Positions 1 through 10,828 are shown, counted from the stretch's first letter. The stretch is 32,000 nucleotides of DNA from Dickeya dadantii NCPPB 898 (GCF_000406145.1 NZ_CM001976.1:1580239-1612238), one strand, 5' to 3'. The notes: generated from the sequence alone by a model not told the origin. A program made the numbers and translations.

Positions 1-248
1 ACAGTGACTATGTCGGGCAAGGATACGGCATTCCCACCGCCGGGACGCTGGAGGCCCTGACGCTGGCGGCGCAGCTGGAAGGCATTTTGCTGGACCCGGT
101 CTATTCCGGCAAGGCGCTGGCCGGGTTGATCGATCTGGCGCGCAAGGGGCGGTTCGGCAAGGATGAAAACGTGCTGTTTATTCATACCGGCGGGTCGGCC
201 GGGCTGTTTGGTTACCGCCAACTGTTCGAACAGCAGGAAGGCTGGTGA
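1..248 (+). CDS. 3' end of a PLP-dependent D-cysteine desulfhydrase / ACC-deaminase-family gene (5'-truncated by window edge)
   Basis: Frame 3 is open from the window edge to TGA 246-248. The translation ...[47 protein letters not shown]... matches my recollection of the DcyD C-terminus ([20 protein letters not shown]...ILFIHTGG). The stop overlaps the next start (TGATG). Confidence 0.7.
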   Translation, partial: SDYVGQGYGIPTAGTLEALTLAAQLEGILLDPVYSGKALAGLIDLARKGRFGKDENVLFIHTGGSAGLFGYRQLFEQQEGW

Positions 249-976
249 TGCCGTCGCCGGCGCGTTTTCTGGTCGGGGTGCTGGGCGGCATGGGGCCGCT
301 CGCCACCGTCGACCTGTTACAGAAGATCATCGCCGCCACGCCCGCCGAGCGCGACCAGCAACATGTACCGGTCGCGGTGTGGAATGTGCCGCAGATTCCG
401 GATCGTCAGCGGGCGCTGGCCGGGATTGGCGCATCGCCGTTGCCGGCGTTGCTGGATGGCGTTGAGCGCCTCAACCGGCTGGATATCAGTCATCTGATTA
501 TTCCCTGCAATACCGCGCATCACTGGTTTGATGAACTGCAAGCGGCCAGCCGCGCGCCGGTGCTGCATATCGCCGATGTCACGCTGGCACAGGCGCAGGC
601 CGCGCTGGCTGACACGTCATCGCCCCGGGTAGGGCTAATCGCCACCCATGGCACGCTGGCGGCGGGCTGGTATCAACGGCGGCTGGCGGCGTTGGATATC
701 GAGACGGTGCTGCCCGATGAACAGGAGATGGATAACCTGTTTGTGCCGGGCTGTTACGCCGTCAAGCGCGGCGACGTGGCGGCGGGCGGCGCGCTGTTCG
801 GGCAACTGGCGGAACGGCTGGCTGCACGCGGCGCCACCCACCTGATTCTGGCCTGTACTGAAGTGGCTCCCGGACTGGCGGCAACGCAGTCACGCTGGCT
901 GGCGCGCAGTATCGACAGTACTGAGGCGCTGGCCCGGCACTGCGTCGCGCTGTGGCGGGAACAGGCGGGCGGGTAA
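248..976 (+). CDS. Aspartate/glutamate racemase-family protein (aspartate racemase-like)
   Basis: The 243-aa ORF has GGMGPLATVDLLQKI near the N-terminus and the two catalytic-Cys contexts IPCNTAHHW and LACTE typical of Asp/Glu racemases. ATG 248 lies 6 nt after GGAAGG; a GTG at 245 is an alternative start. Confidence 0.85.
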   Translation: MPSPARFLVGVLGGMGPLATVDLLQKIIAATPAERDQQHVPVAVWNVPQIPDRQRALAGIGASPLPALLDGVERLNRLDISHLIIPCNTAHHWFDELQAASRAPVLHIADVTLAQAQAALADTSSPRVGLIATHGTLAAGWYQRRLAALDIETVLPDEQEMDNLFVPGCYAVKRGDVAAGGALFGQLAERLAARGATHLILACTEVAPGLAATQSRWLARSIDSTEALARHCVALWREQAGG

Positions 977-1014
977 CGAAAAACCGCCCGACGGCTGGGA
1001 CCGAACGGGCGGTT
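977..1014 (-). terminator. Rho-independent terminator downstream of dcuB
   Basis: A 9-bp stem, AACCGCCCG (982-990) / CGGGCGGTT (1006-1014), is followed on the minus strand by TTTTT (plus-strand AAAAA 977-981). Confidence 0.6.
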
Positions 1015-1063
1015 GGGGGGAGAACATGTGCTGCGCCGACGTGCTGCGGCGCAGCGTGATAAC

Positions 1064-2404
1064 TCAGTAATACCCGTACATGGCGGCGAACACCCAGCCG
1101 AATACGCAGGAGGTGCTGACGCCAATCAGGCCCGGCAGGATGAAGCTGTGGTTAATCACAAACCGGCCGATGTGGGTGGTACCGGAGCGGTCGAACTGGA
1201 TAGCGGCCAGATCGCTCGGGTAGGTCGGCAGAATGTAGTAACCATAACAGGCCGGTGCCGACGCCACGATGTACGCCGGGTCAACGCCGATCGCCAGCGC
1301 GACCGGCACAATGGCGGCCAGCGCGGCGGCCTGCGAGTTCACGAACTTGGACACCAGCAGCAGGATCAGCGCATACGCCCACGGGTACTCTTTCACCAGC
1401 GTGCCCAGCGTTTCCTTAATTTCCGTCAGGTGCGCGCCGAACATGGTTTCCGCCATCCAGGCGATGCCGTACACCGCAACAATCGCGATCATCCCGGAAC
1501 GGAATACCTCGTTTTTCGAAATCGACCCCGGATTGGTTTTGGTGGCGATGATGATGATAGCGCCGGACAGCAGCATGAACATCTGAATCACCAGCACCAT
1601 CGACAGCGGTTTGCCGCCGAAGGACGGACGCAGGCTTTCCACCGCGCCCAGCAACGCTACCGCGGCGATGGTGGCGAGGAAGATCCACATGGCGACCCAG
1701 TTGCTGCGCGGCAGTTTGCGGTCCAGCAGGGTGGCGGTGTCGCCGTAGACGTACTCGCGGTTTTCCGGCACGGAAATGAATTTCTGGAATTCCGGATCCT
1801 TGTCCAGATCTTTACCCCTGAACCAACTGAAAATCCCGATGGCCAGAATACCCAACAGGGTAGAGGGAATCGTGATTGCAAGTAAGTCCAGGAATTCAAG
1901 ATGTTTGCCGTGGAAGGTGAATTTGCCGAGCATGGCGACCAGCGACACCACCGCCACCGAAACCGGGCTGGCGATAATCCCCATCTGCGCGCCGATCGAA
2001 CTGGCGGCCATCGGCCGTTCCGGGCGAATGTTATTCTTGATGGCGACGTCGTAAATAATCGGCAGGATGGTGTACACCACGTGGCCGGTGCCACACAGAA
2101 TGGTCAGTATACAGGTCACGAACGGCGCAATGATCGACACATATTTCGGGTTGCGTCGCAGCATTTTTTCCGCCACCTGCAGCATCACATCCAGCCCGCC
2201 GGAGGCTTGCAGCGTGGCGGAGGCGGCCACCACGGAGATGATGACCAGCATCACGTCCACCGGCGGTTTCCCAGGCTCTAGTTTAAAAATGAAAACCAGA
2301 ATGACGAGTCCGATACCCCCTAATAATCCGAGCGCGATACCACCTTTTCGCGCACCGTAAAACAGGCAGATCAGGACTATGATAAGTTGAATGATAAAGT
2401 CCAT
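1064..2404 (-). CDS. dcuB: Anaerobic C4-dicarboxylate transporter DcuB
   Basis: The 446-aa ORF is near-colinear with remembered E. coli DcuB ([34 protein letters not shown]...[29 protein letters not shown]). Confidence 0.93.
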   Translation of the reverse strand: MDFIIQLIIVLICLFYGARKGGIALGLLGGIGLVILVFIFKLEPGKPPVDVMLVIISVVAASATLQASGGLDVMLQVAEKMLRRNPKYVSIIAPFVTCILTILCGTGHVVYTILPIIYDVAIKNNIRPERPMAASSIGAQMGIIASPVSVAVVSLVAMLGKFTFHGKHLEFLDLLAITIPSTLLGILAIGIFSWFRGKDLDKDPEFQKFISVPENREYVYGDTATLLDRKLPRSNWVAMWIFLATIAAVALLGAVESLRPSFGGKPLSMVLVIQMFMLLSGAIIIIATKTNPGSISKNEVFRSGMIAIVAVYGIAWMAETMFGAHLTEIKETLGTLVKEYPWAYALILLLVSKFVNSQAAALAAIVPVALAIGVDPAYIVASAPACYGYYILPTYPSDLAAIQFDRSGTTHIGRFVINHSFILPGLIGVSTSCVFGWVFAAMYGYY

Positions 2405-2460
2405 AGATTCCCCATTGCTCAGAATGACGAGTTAATTAATTGAGATTGGATTACTGTCGT

Positions 2461-2510
2461 CACAGGTACTATAGAGATTATTCCGTCTGTTTTTTCTTGA
2501 TCTAAATCTA
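2461..2510 (-). promoter_or_regulatory. Candidate class II FNR-dependent promoter of dcuB
   Basis: TTGAT-CTAA-ATCTA at 2497-2510 matches TTGAT-N4-ATCAA at 9/10 positions. On the minus strand a TATAGT -10 (2468-2473) lies 23 nt downstream. That puts the FNR-site centre about 42 nt upstream of a predicted start near 2461. Confidence 0.45.
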
Positions 2511-3118
2511 CTATTCTCTCTGTTTCTTTCCTGGATGGTGAATTAATGGGGCGTGTTGCAGGAATAAAAATCTCCTGATTTTTTTTAGTTTATTAATTAT
2601 AAGATTAATTTTATAATTCTTAATAAAGATGAATTGTCGTCAATTTGTTTCATAGGTTTTATTGCTTCAACGTTTTGTTTTGATGAGTGTTTTGTTTTTG
2701 TTGTGATGGTGTTTTTTTATAGTTGCGTTTTTGCCCCAATAGGGTGAGCGGCGCGAAAGTTAACGCTGTTTTAAAAATAAATCAATAATATAACTTTAAA
2801 GTAAGTCATTGATTATAATCATCTTATATAAATTTAATTCTATCTTTCTGCGCTGTTTTTTTAATGTCAATCGCGTGTATCGATGGCCGGGAATAAATGA
2901 TAATAATTCCCGGTCGTTCTGACTGCGTTATTTTATAAATCTACCGGCGACATCACATTATTTCATTCATGGGTAAAATGAATATGATGGGGAACGGTTA
3001 ATAGTTTGTCTGGTTATTAAAATAAAACCGTCATGGTGTATTTTTGTCTATTAGACCTCGCTGCGCATCATTACAGGTTTAACCTAAAGCCAGGTGAAAC
3101 GGCATTGCCGACGAACAC

Positions 3119-3748
3119 TCATTCTGCACGTCGGGCGCCAACCCATTCCGCCATTGCCGGGCAGCCGTTTTCACGTTGTAACCCATCAATCACCCCCTGA
3201 CGATCTTCCGGCGTTCTGTTCTGGCTGACTTTCCATTTACCGTCGAGTGCCGCGATCGGGATTTCCAACCCGACGATACCGTTAAGCTGGGCGGCGATAA
3301 ACGCGGCGGGCGCATCGTCCACCTGCCACGGCCGGGGGCGCTCGTGCTCATGGGCGTGGGTCAAGGCGTCGATCTGCCGGCGCAGCCAGTCTGCGTCGTC
3401 AGTCACCATTGGCGCGCCGCGCGCCTGCACCATCACATAGTTCCAGGTCGGCACCGCTTTGCCGTGTGCCTGTTTCGATGGATACCAGTCTGGCGAGATG
3501 TAGCTGTCCGGCCCCTGAAACACCACCAGCGCCTCGCCGACGGTCCTTAATTCAGCCACCTGCGGATTATTACGGGCCAGATGAGCGCGTAACGTACCGA
3601 ATGCGCCGTCATCGGTTAACAGAAAAGGGACGAGGTTGGCGGACAGACCGCCGGGGCCGGCGGTAATCAGCATGGCGAGCGGATGGGCACGCATCAACGC
3701 GTGCAGAATCGGCTGGCGTTCTTCCCGAAATACGTGCGGACAATGCAT
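3119..3748 (-). CDS. FMN-binding negative transcriptional regulator, PaiB family
   Basis: The ORF reads MHCPHVFREERQPILHALMRAHPLAMLIT...ISPDWYPSK...VPTWNYVMVQARG...KVSQNR, typical of PaiB-like proteins. The second ATG (3748) has GAAGGA 9 nt upstream; the first ATG (3757) is too close to it. Confidence 0.8.
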   Translation of the reverse strand: MHCPHVFREERQPILHALMRAHPLAMLITAGPGGLSANLVPFLLTDDGAFGTLRAHLARNNPQVAELRTVGEALVVFQGPDSYISPDWYPSKQAHGKAVPTWNYVMVQARGAPMVTDDADWLRRQIDALTHAHEHERPRPWQVDDAPAAFIAAQLNGIVGLEIPIAALDGKWKVSQNRTPEDRQGVIDGLQRENGCPAMAEWVGARRAE

Positions 3749-3845
3749 AGCGATCATTCCTTCTGTGGCTGGATAACATCATTCATCCCGACCATTGTGC
3801 GGTAAAGCGGTCTGCAATTAAGAGCCGCTTTGGCGTAATATCGAC

Positions 3846-3899
3846 AGGCCACTATTAATTGATAGGCCACTATTAATTGACAGGCCGCTATTCGGTGGC
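3846..3899. repeat. Three 18-bp-phased direct repeats (AGGCCACTATTAATTGA x2 plus a degenerate third) in the paiB/MocR divergent intergenic region
   Basis: Units at 3846-3862 and 3864-3880 are identical, and 3882-3899 begins AGGCCGCTATT. The array lies about 40 bp upstream of the MocR-type gene start. Confidence 0.85.
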
Positions 3900-3937
3900 G
3901 ATATCCCATGCGATCACAGATAAAAAGGAATGCGCTG

Positions 3938-5419
3938 ATGCCACGATCACGTTGCCTGACCGAATTGCCTGCGCTCGGCGCGCTGGACCGGGCCGCCGGC
4001 TCGGTGGGGCGCCAGCTGGCTCTGGCGCTGCGGCAAGCCATTCAGCGCGGAGAATTAAAAGCGGGCGAACGTATTCCTTCAACCCGAACGCTGGCGCGAT
4101 CGCTGGGGCTGGCGCGCTCGACGGTGGCGGATGTGTTCGACCAACTGGCGGCGGAGGGGTATCTGGACGCGCGCAGCGGCTCCGGCACCTGGGTCTCTTC
4201 CGCGTTTGGCCTCATGGCGCCGGTCAGCATGACGGCATCGTCGGCAGCGCCTCCGGCTCCGGTGTCGTTGCCGTCCTCGGCGCAGCGTTATGCCGCCATC
4301 GCCCGCGCGTTGTCGCCGTTACCGGCAGTACCGTTTTCAGTGGCAGTGCCGGAAGGGGAGGCGGCGCCGGACGATCGCTGGCGATGCCTCGGCAACCGGG
4401 TACGCGCCGGTCAGGCGGCGGCGCTGGCCGGATACAGCGACCCCCGAGGGCTGTTTTCGCTGCGTGCGGCGATTGCCACGTATCTGCGCCAGTCGCGGGC
4501 GGCGATCGCCGAGCCGGACAACATTATCCTGACCGAAGGCACCCAGCAGGGGCTGTATCTGGCGGCGCGGGTACTGCTGTCGCCCGGCGACGGCGCCTGG
4601 GCGGAAGATCCGGCTTATGCCGGGTTGATCGCGGTGCTGACCGAATGCGGCGTGCAGACGCGGCGCATACCGGTGGATACGCAGGGCATGGACGTGGAAC
4701 TGGCGACACGCCGCTATGCCGATGCCCGGGCGGCGTTTGTTACGCCGTCTCATCAGTATCCGCTCGGAATGCCGCTCAGCATGGGGCGCCGCCTGGCGCT
4801 GCTGGAGTGGGCGAGGCAGCACGATAGCTGGATTGTGGAAGATGATTACGACAGCGAGCTGCGGTACGTCGGGCATCCGTTTCCCGCCATGCAAGGGCTG
4901 GACCCCGGGCGGGTGGTGTATCTGGGCACGTTCAGCAAGGTGATGGCGCCGTCGTTGCGGCTCGGTTATATGGTGGTGCCCGCGGCGCTGACGGAGGCGT
5001 TCGCCGGCGCCCGCGCACTGATGGGGCGCGCTTCGCCGCTGGCTGACCAGCACGTGCTGACGGCGTATATGCAAGAGGGGTATTTCGAGGCGCATATTCG
5101 TCGCATTCGCACCGTTTATGCCGAACGGCGTCACGTGTTGATTGAGGCATTGCAGCACGAAACGCCCTGGTTGCAGCTTGAACCCGGCGATCAAGGCATG
5201 CATCTGGTGGCGTGGCTGCCCGATGGCGTAGAGGATGTGGCGGTCGAGCGTGCGGCCCACGCCGCCGGGCTGGCGTTGCGCGCGCTCTCGCCGATGTATG
5301 CCGGCCCGACGCGTCGCTCGGGCCTGATGCTGGGGTTCGGCGGGTTTCCGCCCGAGGCGCTGCGACAGGCTGTTCGACAGTTGCGCACGGTACTGACGCC
5401 GTTTATGACATTGTTGTGA
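3938..5419 (+). CDS. MocR/GabR-type regulator (GntR wHTH fused to a fold-type I aminotransferase-like domain)
   Basis: The N-terminus ...LALALRQAIQRGELKAGERIPSTRTLARSLGLARSTVADVFDQLAAEGYLDARSGSGTWV is a GntR HTH. It is followed by a long aminotransferase-like domain (...YSDPRGL..LR..IA.YL...YLGTFSKVMAPSLRLGYMVVP). ATG 3938 lies 8 nt after AAGGA. Confidence 0.88.
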   Translation: MPRSRCLTELPALGALDRAAGSVGRQLALALRQAIQRGELKAGERIPSTRTLARSLGLARSTVADVFDQLAAEGYLDARSGSGTWVSSAFGLMAPVSMTASSAAPPAPVSLPSSAQRYAAIARALSPLPAVPFSVAVPEGEAAPDDRWRCLGNRVRAGQAAALAGYSDPRGLFSLRAAIATYLRQSRAAIAEPDNIILTEGTQQGLYLAARVLLSPGDGAWAEDPAYAGLIAVLTECGVQTRRIPVDTQGMDVELATRRYADARAAFVTPSHQYPLGMPLSMGRRLALLEWARQHDSWIVEDDYDSELRYVGHPFPAMQGLDPGRVVYLGTFSKVMAPSLRLGYMVVPAALTEAFAGARALMGRASPLADQHVLTAYMQEGYFEAHIRRIRTVYAERRHVLIEALQHETPWLQLEPGDQGMHLVAWLPDGVEDVAVERAAHAAGLALRALSPMYAGPTRRSGLMLGFGGFPPEALRQAVRQLRTVLTPFMTLL

Positions 5420-5476
5420 TTGGAGACATTGTTGTGACCTGAGACATCGTTGTGAACTGAGGCATCGCTGTGAACG
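5405..5476. repeat. 4 x 18-bp tandem repeat spanning the MocR-type gene stop codon
   Basis: The units are ATGACATTGTTGTGATTG, GAGACATTGTTGTGACCT, GAGACATCGTTGTGAACT and GAGGCATCGCTGTGAACG. Each unit carries a TGA in the regulator's frame (5417, 5435, 5453, 5471). Confidence 0.9.
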
Positions 5477-5668
5477 GAATAGTATAGATGTGCTTTCCCT
5501 CACAAGGGCCGTCCGCTCATTTGCTAACGGCTCGGCTACGCTTGATAAGGAACGCCTGCGGTTTTCACTCGCGAATCCGAATGCGGTTCAACACCGTGAA
5601 AATGGCAGATATTTTGCAAATAAGTCTCTACAGGTATGCCTATAGCTATCGCTTCGAGGGATCAGGTT

Positions 5669-7105
5669 ATGCACGACAAGATATTGACTGACATGTTGAT
5701 TGACGGAAAACGGGTGTCGGGCAACGGGGCGCCTTACACGGTATACAACCCGGCGACCGGCGAAGCCATCATTGAGATTGCGCAGGCGGACCTGGCGCAG
5801 GTCGATGACGCGGTGATGGCGGCGGATGCCGCGTTTGCCCACTGGGGGCAGACCACGCCGAAAACGCGCGCCACGCTACTGCTGAAACTGGCGGACGCTA
5901 TCGAGGCGCACGGCGAGACGCTGGCCCGGCTGGAGTCGCTGAACTGCGGCAAGCCCTATCACGCGGCGCTGAATGACGAGATCCCGGCGGTGGCGGACGT
6001 GTTCCGCTTCTTCGCGGGGGCGGCGCGCTGCCTGAACGGTTCGGCGGCGGGCGAGTATCTGGAAGGGCATACCTCAATGATTCGCCGCGATCCGGTCGGC
6101 GTCGTCGCCTCTATCGCTCCCTGGAATTACCCGCTGATGATGGCAGCGTGGAAGCTGGCCCCGGCGCTGGCGGCGGGGAACTGCGCGGTGCTGAAGCCGG
6201 CGGAGCAGACGCCGCTGACGACGCTGTATCTGGCCAGCCTGCTGGCCGACCTGTTCCCGCCGGGCGTGGTCAATATTCTGTTCGGGCAGGGACGAGAAAT
6301 CGGCGATGCGCTGACCGGCCACGAGCGGGTGCGCATGGTATCGCTGACCGGGTCGATCGCCACCGGTTCGCATATCATCGGCAATGCGGCGGCCAGCGTG
6401 AAACGCACCCACATGGAGTTGGGCGGCAAAGCTCCGGTGATTGTGTTTGACGACGCCGACCTGGATCAGGTGGTGGACGGTATTCGCAGTTTCGGCTTCT
6501 ACAACGCCGGGCAGGATTGCACCGCCGCCTGCCGCCTGTATGTGCAGCGCCCGGTGTATGAACAACTGGTGGAGGCGCTGGGCAAGGCGGTCGCCACCCT
6601 GAAGATCGGCGCGCCCGACGACCCCACTACCGAACTGGGGCCGCTGATTACCGCTGAGCAACTGGAGCGGGTCGCCGGTTTTGTCGATCGCGCCCGCGCG
6701 CAATCGCATATCCGGCTGATCACCGGCGGGGAGCGGGTGCCCGGCGGCGGTTACTATTTTCAGCCCACGGTGCTGGCGGATGCGCGGCAGGAGGATGAAA
6801 TCGTCCAGCGGGAAGTGTTTGGCCCGGTTATCTCCATCACGCCGTTTGACGATGAAGCGCAGGTGGTGGCGTGGGCTAACGACTCACATTATGGGCTGGC
6901 GTCCTCGGTGTGGACCCGCGACATCGGCCGCGCGCACCGCGTCGCCGCCTGTCTGGAATACGGCTGCACCTGGGTCAATACCCACTTTATGCTGGTGAGC
7001 GAGATGCCGCACGGCGGCCAGAAGCTGTCCGGCTACGGCAAGGACATGTCTGTCTACGGTCTGGAAGATTACACCGTAGTGCGGCACGTCATGATCCGTC
7101 ATTGA
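5669..7105 (+). CDS. patD: Gamma-aminobutyraldehyde dehydrogenase (NAD-dependent aldehyde dehydrogenase)
   Basis: From MHDKIL... the protein is colinear with remembered E. coli PatD/YdcW (VYNPATG..., [60 protein letters not shown], ...[28 protein letters not shown]). GAGGGA lies 7 nt upstream of ATG 5669. Confidence 0.9.
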   Translation: MHDKILTDMLIDGKRVSGNGAPYTVYNPATGEAIIEIAQADLAQVDDAVMAADAAFAHWGQTTPKTRATLLLKLADAIEAHGETLARLESLNCGKPYHAALNDEIPAVADVFRFFAGAARCLNGSAAGEYLEGHTSMIRRDPVGVVASIAPWNYPLMMAAWKLAPALAAGNCAVLKPAEQTPLTTLYLASLLADLFPPGVVNILFGQGREIGDALTGHERVRMVSLTGSIATGSHIIGNAAASVKRTHMELGGKAPVIVFDDADLDQVVDGIRSFGFYNAGQDCTAACRLYVQRPVYEQLVEALGKAVATLKIGAPDDPTTELGPLITAEQLERVAGFVDRARAQSHIRLITGGERVPGGGYYFQPTVLADARQEDEIVQREVFGPVISITPFDDEAQVVAWANDSHYGLASSVWTRDIGRAHRVAACLEYGCTWVNTHFMLVSEMPHGGQKLSGYGKDMSVYGLEDYTVVRHVMIRH

Positions 7106-7152
7106 CGGCTTGGGTAAACCTGGGCAGGTGGTGAAAAAATGCCCAACACTGG

Positions 7153-7192
7153 GGCGGATTGCACAGTAGTAGTGCGTCCGCCTTGTTTTTTT
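7153..7192 (+). terminator. Rho-independent terminator after patD
   Basis: The stem GGCGGAttGCAC (7153-7164) / GTGCgTCCGCC (7172-7182) is followed by a T7 run (7186-7192). Confidence 0.6.
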
Positions 7193-7348
7193 AGCGTTTT
7201 TTGCTCTTTATCAGGCTGCTCATGGCTGGGGGTGATACGGAATATATTATTTTGTTTATAAAGTGTTGCAAAAAAAGACAATGGCAGGAGGAAATCGTGA
7301 TTTCCAAATCGGGTGGGCAGGTGGTGCGTTATATGCATTACTTAAATT

Positions 7349-8803
<1,455 letters not shown>

Positions 8804-8847
8804 ACACCCCCCCTTATGCGTTCAGCCCGGTGCTGAGCCGATACGTT

Positions 8848-8881
8848 AAGCCAGTCTGATTAGTCGACTGGCTTTTTTTTT
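8848..8881 (+). terminator. Rho-independent terminator after patA
   Basis: The stem AAGCCAGTC (8848-8856) / GACTGGCTT (8866-8874) runs into a T9 tract. Confidence 0.75.
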
Positions 8882-8913
8882 GTGGGTAAATCTGCCGGAG
8901 ATGGAAGAACAGA

Positions 8914-9234
8914 TTAAAAATCAAATTCACTGAGTTTGTCTTCTATCTGCTGATTTCCTTTGTACTTATGCCTGAGCGCATTCAGCTGTTTTTTCGCCGG
9001 CTTGCAGTACTTATCCACTTCCCGCTCAATTTCCCGCTGACGTGATTTAGGCAGTGAGCTGTCCCACTCTCCGGAGAGATATTGACATTCCTCCGCGTTA
9101 TTTAAGAAACGTTGTACGTCGTCGGGAAGTTTTACGTCATCAGGAAAATGAACGGTATTTGCTAACGTAACCTGCCACGGTAACAGGCAAAAGAGCATGA
9201 TGATGCGTGATGTGCCGTTGCTGATTCTTTGCAT
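8914..9234 (-). CDS. Small exported protein of unknown function (about 106 aa, predicted signal peptide, two Cys)
   Basis: The ORF lies in AT-rich DNA. From MQRISNGTSRIIMLFCLLPWQVTLA|NTV... it has an n-region with R, a hydrophobic core and a TLA cleavage-like site. The mature part is charged, with Cys in AEECQY and DKYCKP. I recognise no family, and the start is chosen as the Met preceding the signal peptide. Confidence 0.55.
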   Translation of the reverse strand: MQRISNGTSRIIMLFCLLPWQVTLANTVHFPDDVKLPDDVQRFLNNAEECQYLSGEWDSSLPKSRQREIEREVDKYCKPAKKQLNALRHKYKGNQQIEDKLSEFDF

Positions 9235-9440
9235 GTTATACGCCTGTTTTAACGGGGGTAAATAGAACGGTTGCAAATCTAAACGCAAAACGTGATTTAT
9301 AGTATCAACTGATGTTATAATAATGCAGTTACAAGAATGACAATCATGTGTCTTTTACCATAGGTTTTACCATAAAATTTAGAGTTAATGCTTTTAAATC
9401 TCGAAAAATCCAACAGCTGACATTAACAGGGATTACAGTA

Positions 9441-10134
9441 ATGAATTACATGGATCGGTACTTACAGCAGAAGTTGGAAGCCGAAAAAAACTTGGCTTTG
9501 AATGCTGATCATACAGGAAAAGCATTGGGTGATATTGCAAAGGATACCGTGGAAACAATAGAGGTTGGTGCTAAGAGACTCATTTGGAGAACTTCTGTTT
9601 TTTTTTGAAGGCTATGAAGATGTGAATGAGAAAATCAACGCTGAAGATACCCGAATGGCCAAAAATATATGGAGGGTAATAAAAGAAGGTAATGCTATCT
9701 TTAGGATGACAGAGATATATGTTAATGAAATTTTAAAGAAGAGAGATTTTGATGCGGTATATAGAATTTTACTAAAGTACACATCTAAATTTATATTTAC
9801 TGGCGTGACAAAAACGGCGATTGCATATTCTATAGCTAAAGTTCTATCAGAGCAGATCTACTTTAATATGATAGTCAGAAGAAGGATTCAGTCGTTTTCC
9901 AATATGTCTATTTTTGCGTTTACATTATATGGGAATGTTGAGCATGCTTCTGTATCCGCAGATAGACTAAAGCGAGAATTCCCGGAGTTTTATTGGGCTC
10001 TATACTCTGAGAGATTGGAGATGGTTTATTTCGTTGTTGAGCCGGCTTTTTCTAAGTATATAAATCGTATAAAGAAAATAAGAACGGATGAGGAGGCGGC
10101 TTTAACATTATTAGACTTATCGAATGGTGATTGA
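9441..10134 (+). pseudogene. Unknown-function gene split by a frameshift at a T9 homopolymer (9441-9608 plus 9598-10134; about 230 aa if repaired)
   Basis: Frame A (ATG 9441, AGGGA 8 nt upstream) ends at GTT TTT TTT TGA (9606-9608). Frame B is open through the same T9 run (9598-9606) to 10134. Removing one T gives ...RLIWRTSVFFEGYEDVNEK.... Frame B has no convincing start or SD of its own. Confidence 0.55.
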
Positions 10135-10318
10135 TGTGATTAAATATATTGTTAAATTTTTAATGGAACTTGCTAGTGATATTTTATGGGGGGTTATCCC
10201 TGTTATTCTTATCGTAATGTGTTCTGTTATCACGGTAGAGTTCTTTCCAGATATTTGGGGGCGGTTAACATTAGGGTTCACTGCAATGATTTTGACTTGC
10301 GTTTGGTATAGAAAATAA
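10124..10318 (+). CDS. 64-aa predicted two-helix membrane protein, overlapping the upstream gene by 11 nt
   Basis: It has two hydrophobic stretches, ILWGVIPVILIVMCSVITV and LTLGFTAMILTCVWY. The ATG lies inside the upstream gene's last codons, suggesting translational coupling. It ends just before the shared hairpin. Confidence 0.5.
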   Translation: MVIDVIKYIVKFLMELASDILWGVIPVILIVMCSVITVEFFPDIWGRLTLGFTAMILTCVWYRK

Positions 10319-10343
10319 CCAGGTGTGATTGTAACACCTGGTT
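10317..10343. terminator. Bidirectional hairpin terminator between the convergent cassette and hcp
   Basis: A perfect 10-bp stem, AACCAGGTGT (10317-10326) / ACACCTGGTT (10334-10343), has a 7-nt loop. It is flanked by an A-run on the left and T-rich sequence on the right. Confidence 0.7.
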
Positions 10344-10348
10344 TGATT

Positions 10349-10828
10349 TTAAAGGGAGTTCTCATTCCATATGCTATACCCCGAAGTGCCGGCTGTTTTA
10401 TGTGACCATGAAATTGATTTATATTTCAGTAGAATCTTCTCATATGGAATGGCATCGTTGTTGTTTATCGAGTGAGGGTAGGTCGAAGATACATCAACAA
10501 TTCTGGCATCTGCGAGCTTAATTTCATAAAATACTTCTAATTGTCCCGCTATATTTGTTCTATAGAAAAAGAATGTCGCTGTGAGAGCTTCGTTGGAAGT
10601 TATGGATACGCCTAGCAAAGGTGAGGACTTATCAATTGGCTTAATAAGCTGTATTGGATGGTGAGCAATGTTTTGTTCTCTGGTAATTGCGTGGTTAAGT
10701 CCCAGAACCTGAATTTGATTTTCATGCCCAGATTGGTATCTATTTCCAATCGAGTCATGTGTTGAGCACCCGGATGATATTAACCCTTGTTGGTCACCCT
10801 CTAAGGTTAGATAAATAACATGTGACAT
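10349..10828 (-). CDS. hcp: Hcp (TssD) family type VI secretion tube protein, orphan copy
   Basis: The 159-aa protein reads MSHVIYLTLEGDQQGLISSGCSTHDSIGNRYQSGHENQIQV...IDKSSPLL...FYRTN...ISWSHKTAGTSGYSIWNE. This fits my memory of the Hcp1-family subgroup with an LISSGCST.DSIGN..QSGH motif. AAGGA lies 8 nt upstream. No other tss or vgrG genes are in the window. Confidence 0.8.
   Translation of the reverse strand: MSHVIYLTLEGDQQGLISSGCSTHDSIGNRYQSGHENQIQVLGLNHAITREQNIAHHPIQLIKPIDKSSPLLGVSITSNEALTATFFFYRTNIAGQLEVFYEIKLADARIVDVSSTYPHSINNNDAIPYEKILLKYKSISWSHKTAGTSGYSIWNENSL

Noticed and set aside
4337-5503. Long antisense or off-frame ORFs inside GC-rich genes. Examples are 4337-5503 (-), 3877-4827 (+), 1013-1885 (+), 6074-6709 (-), 17381-17938 (-), 18272-18820 (-), 20945-21880 (-), 22007-22633 (-), 24165-25103 (-) and 28691-29323 (-).
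   Set aside because: They overlap genes with strong homology-based identity and are Arg/Pro/Gly/His/Gln-rich low-complexity translations typical of shadow frames in high-GC DNA. They also lack SD-supported starts.
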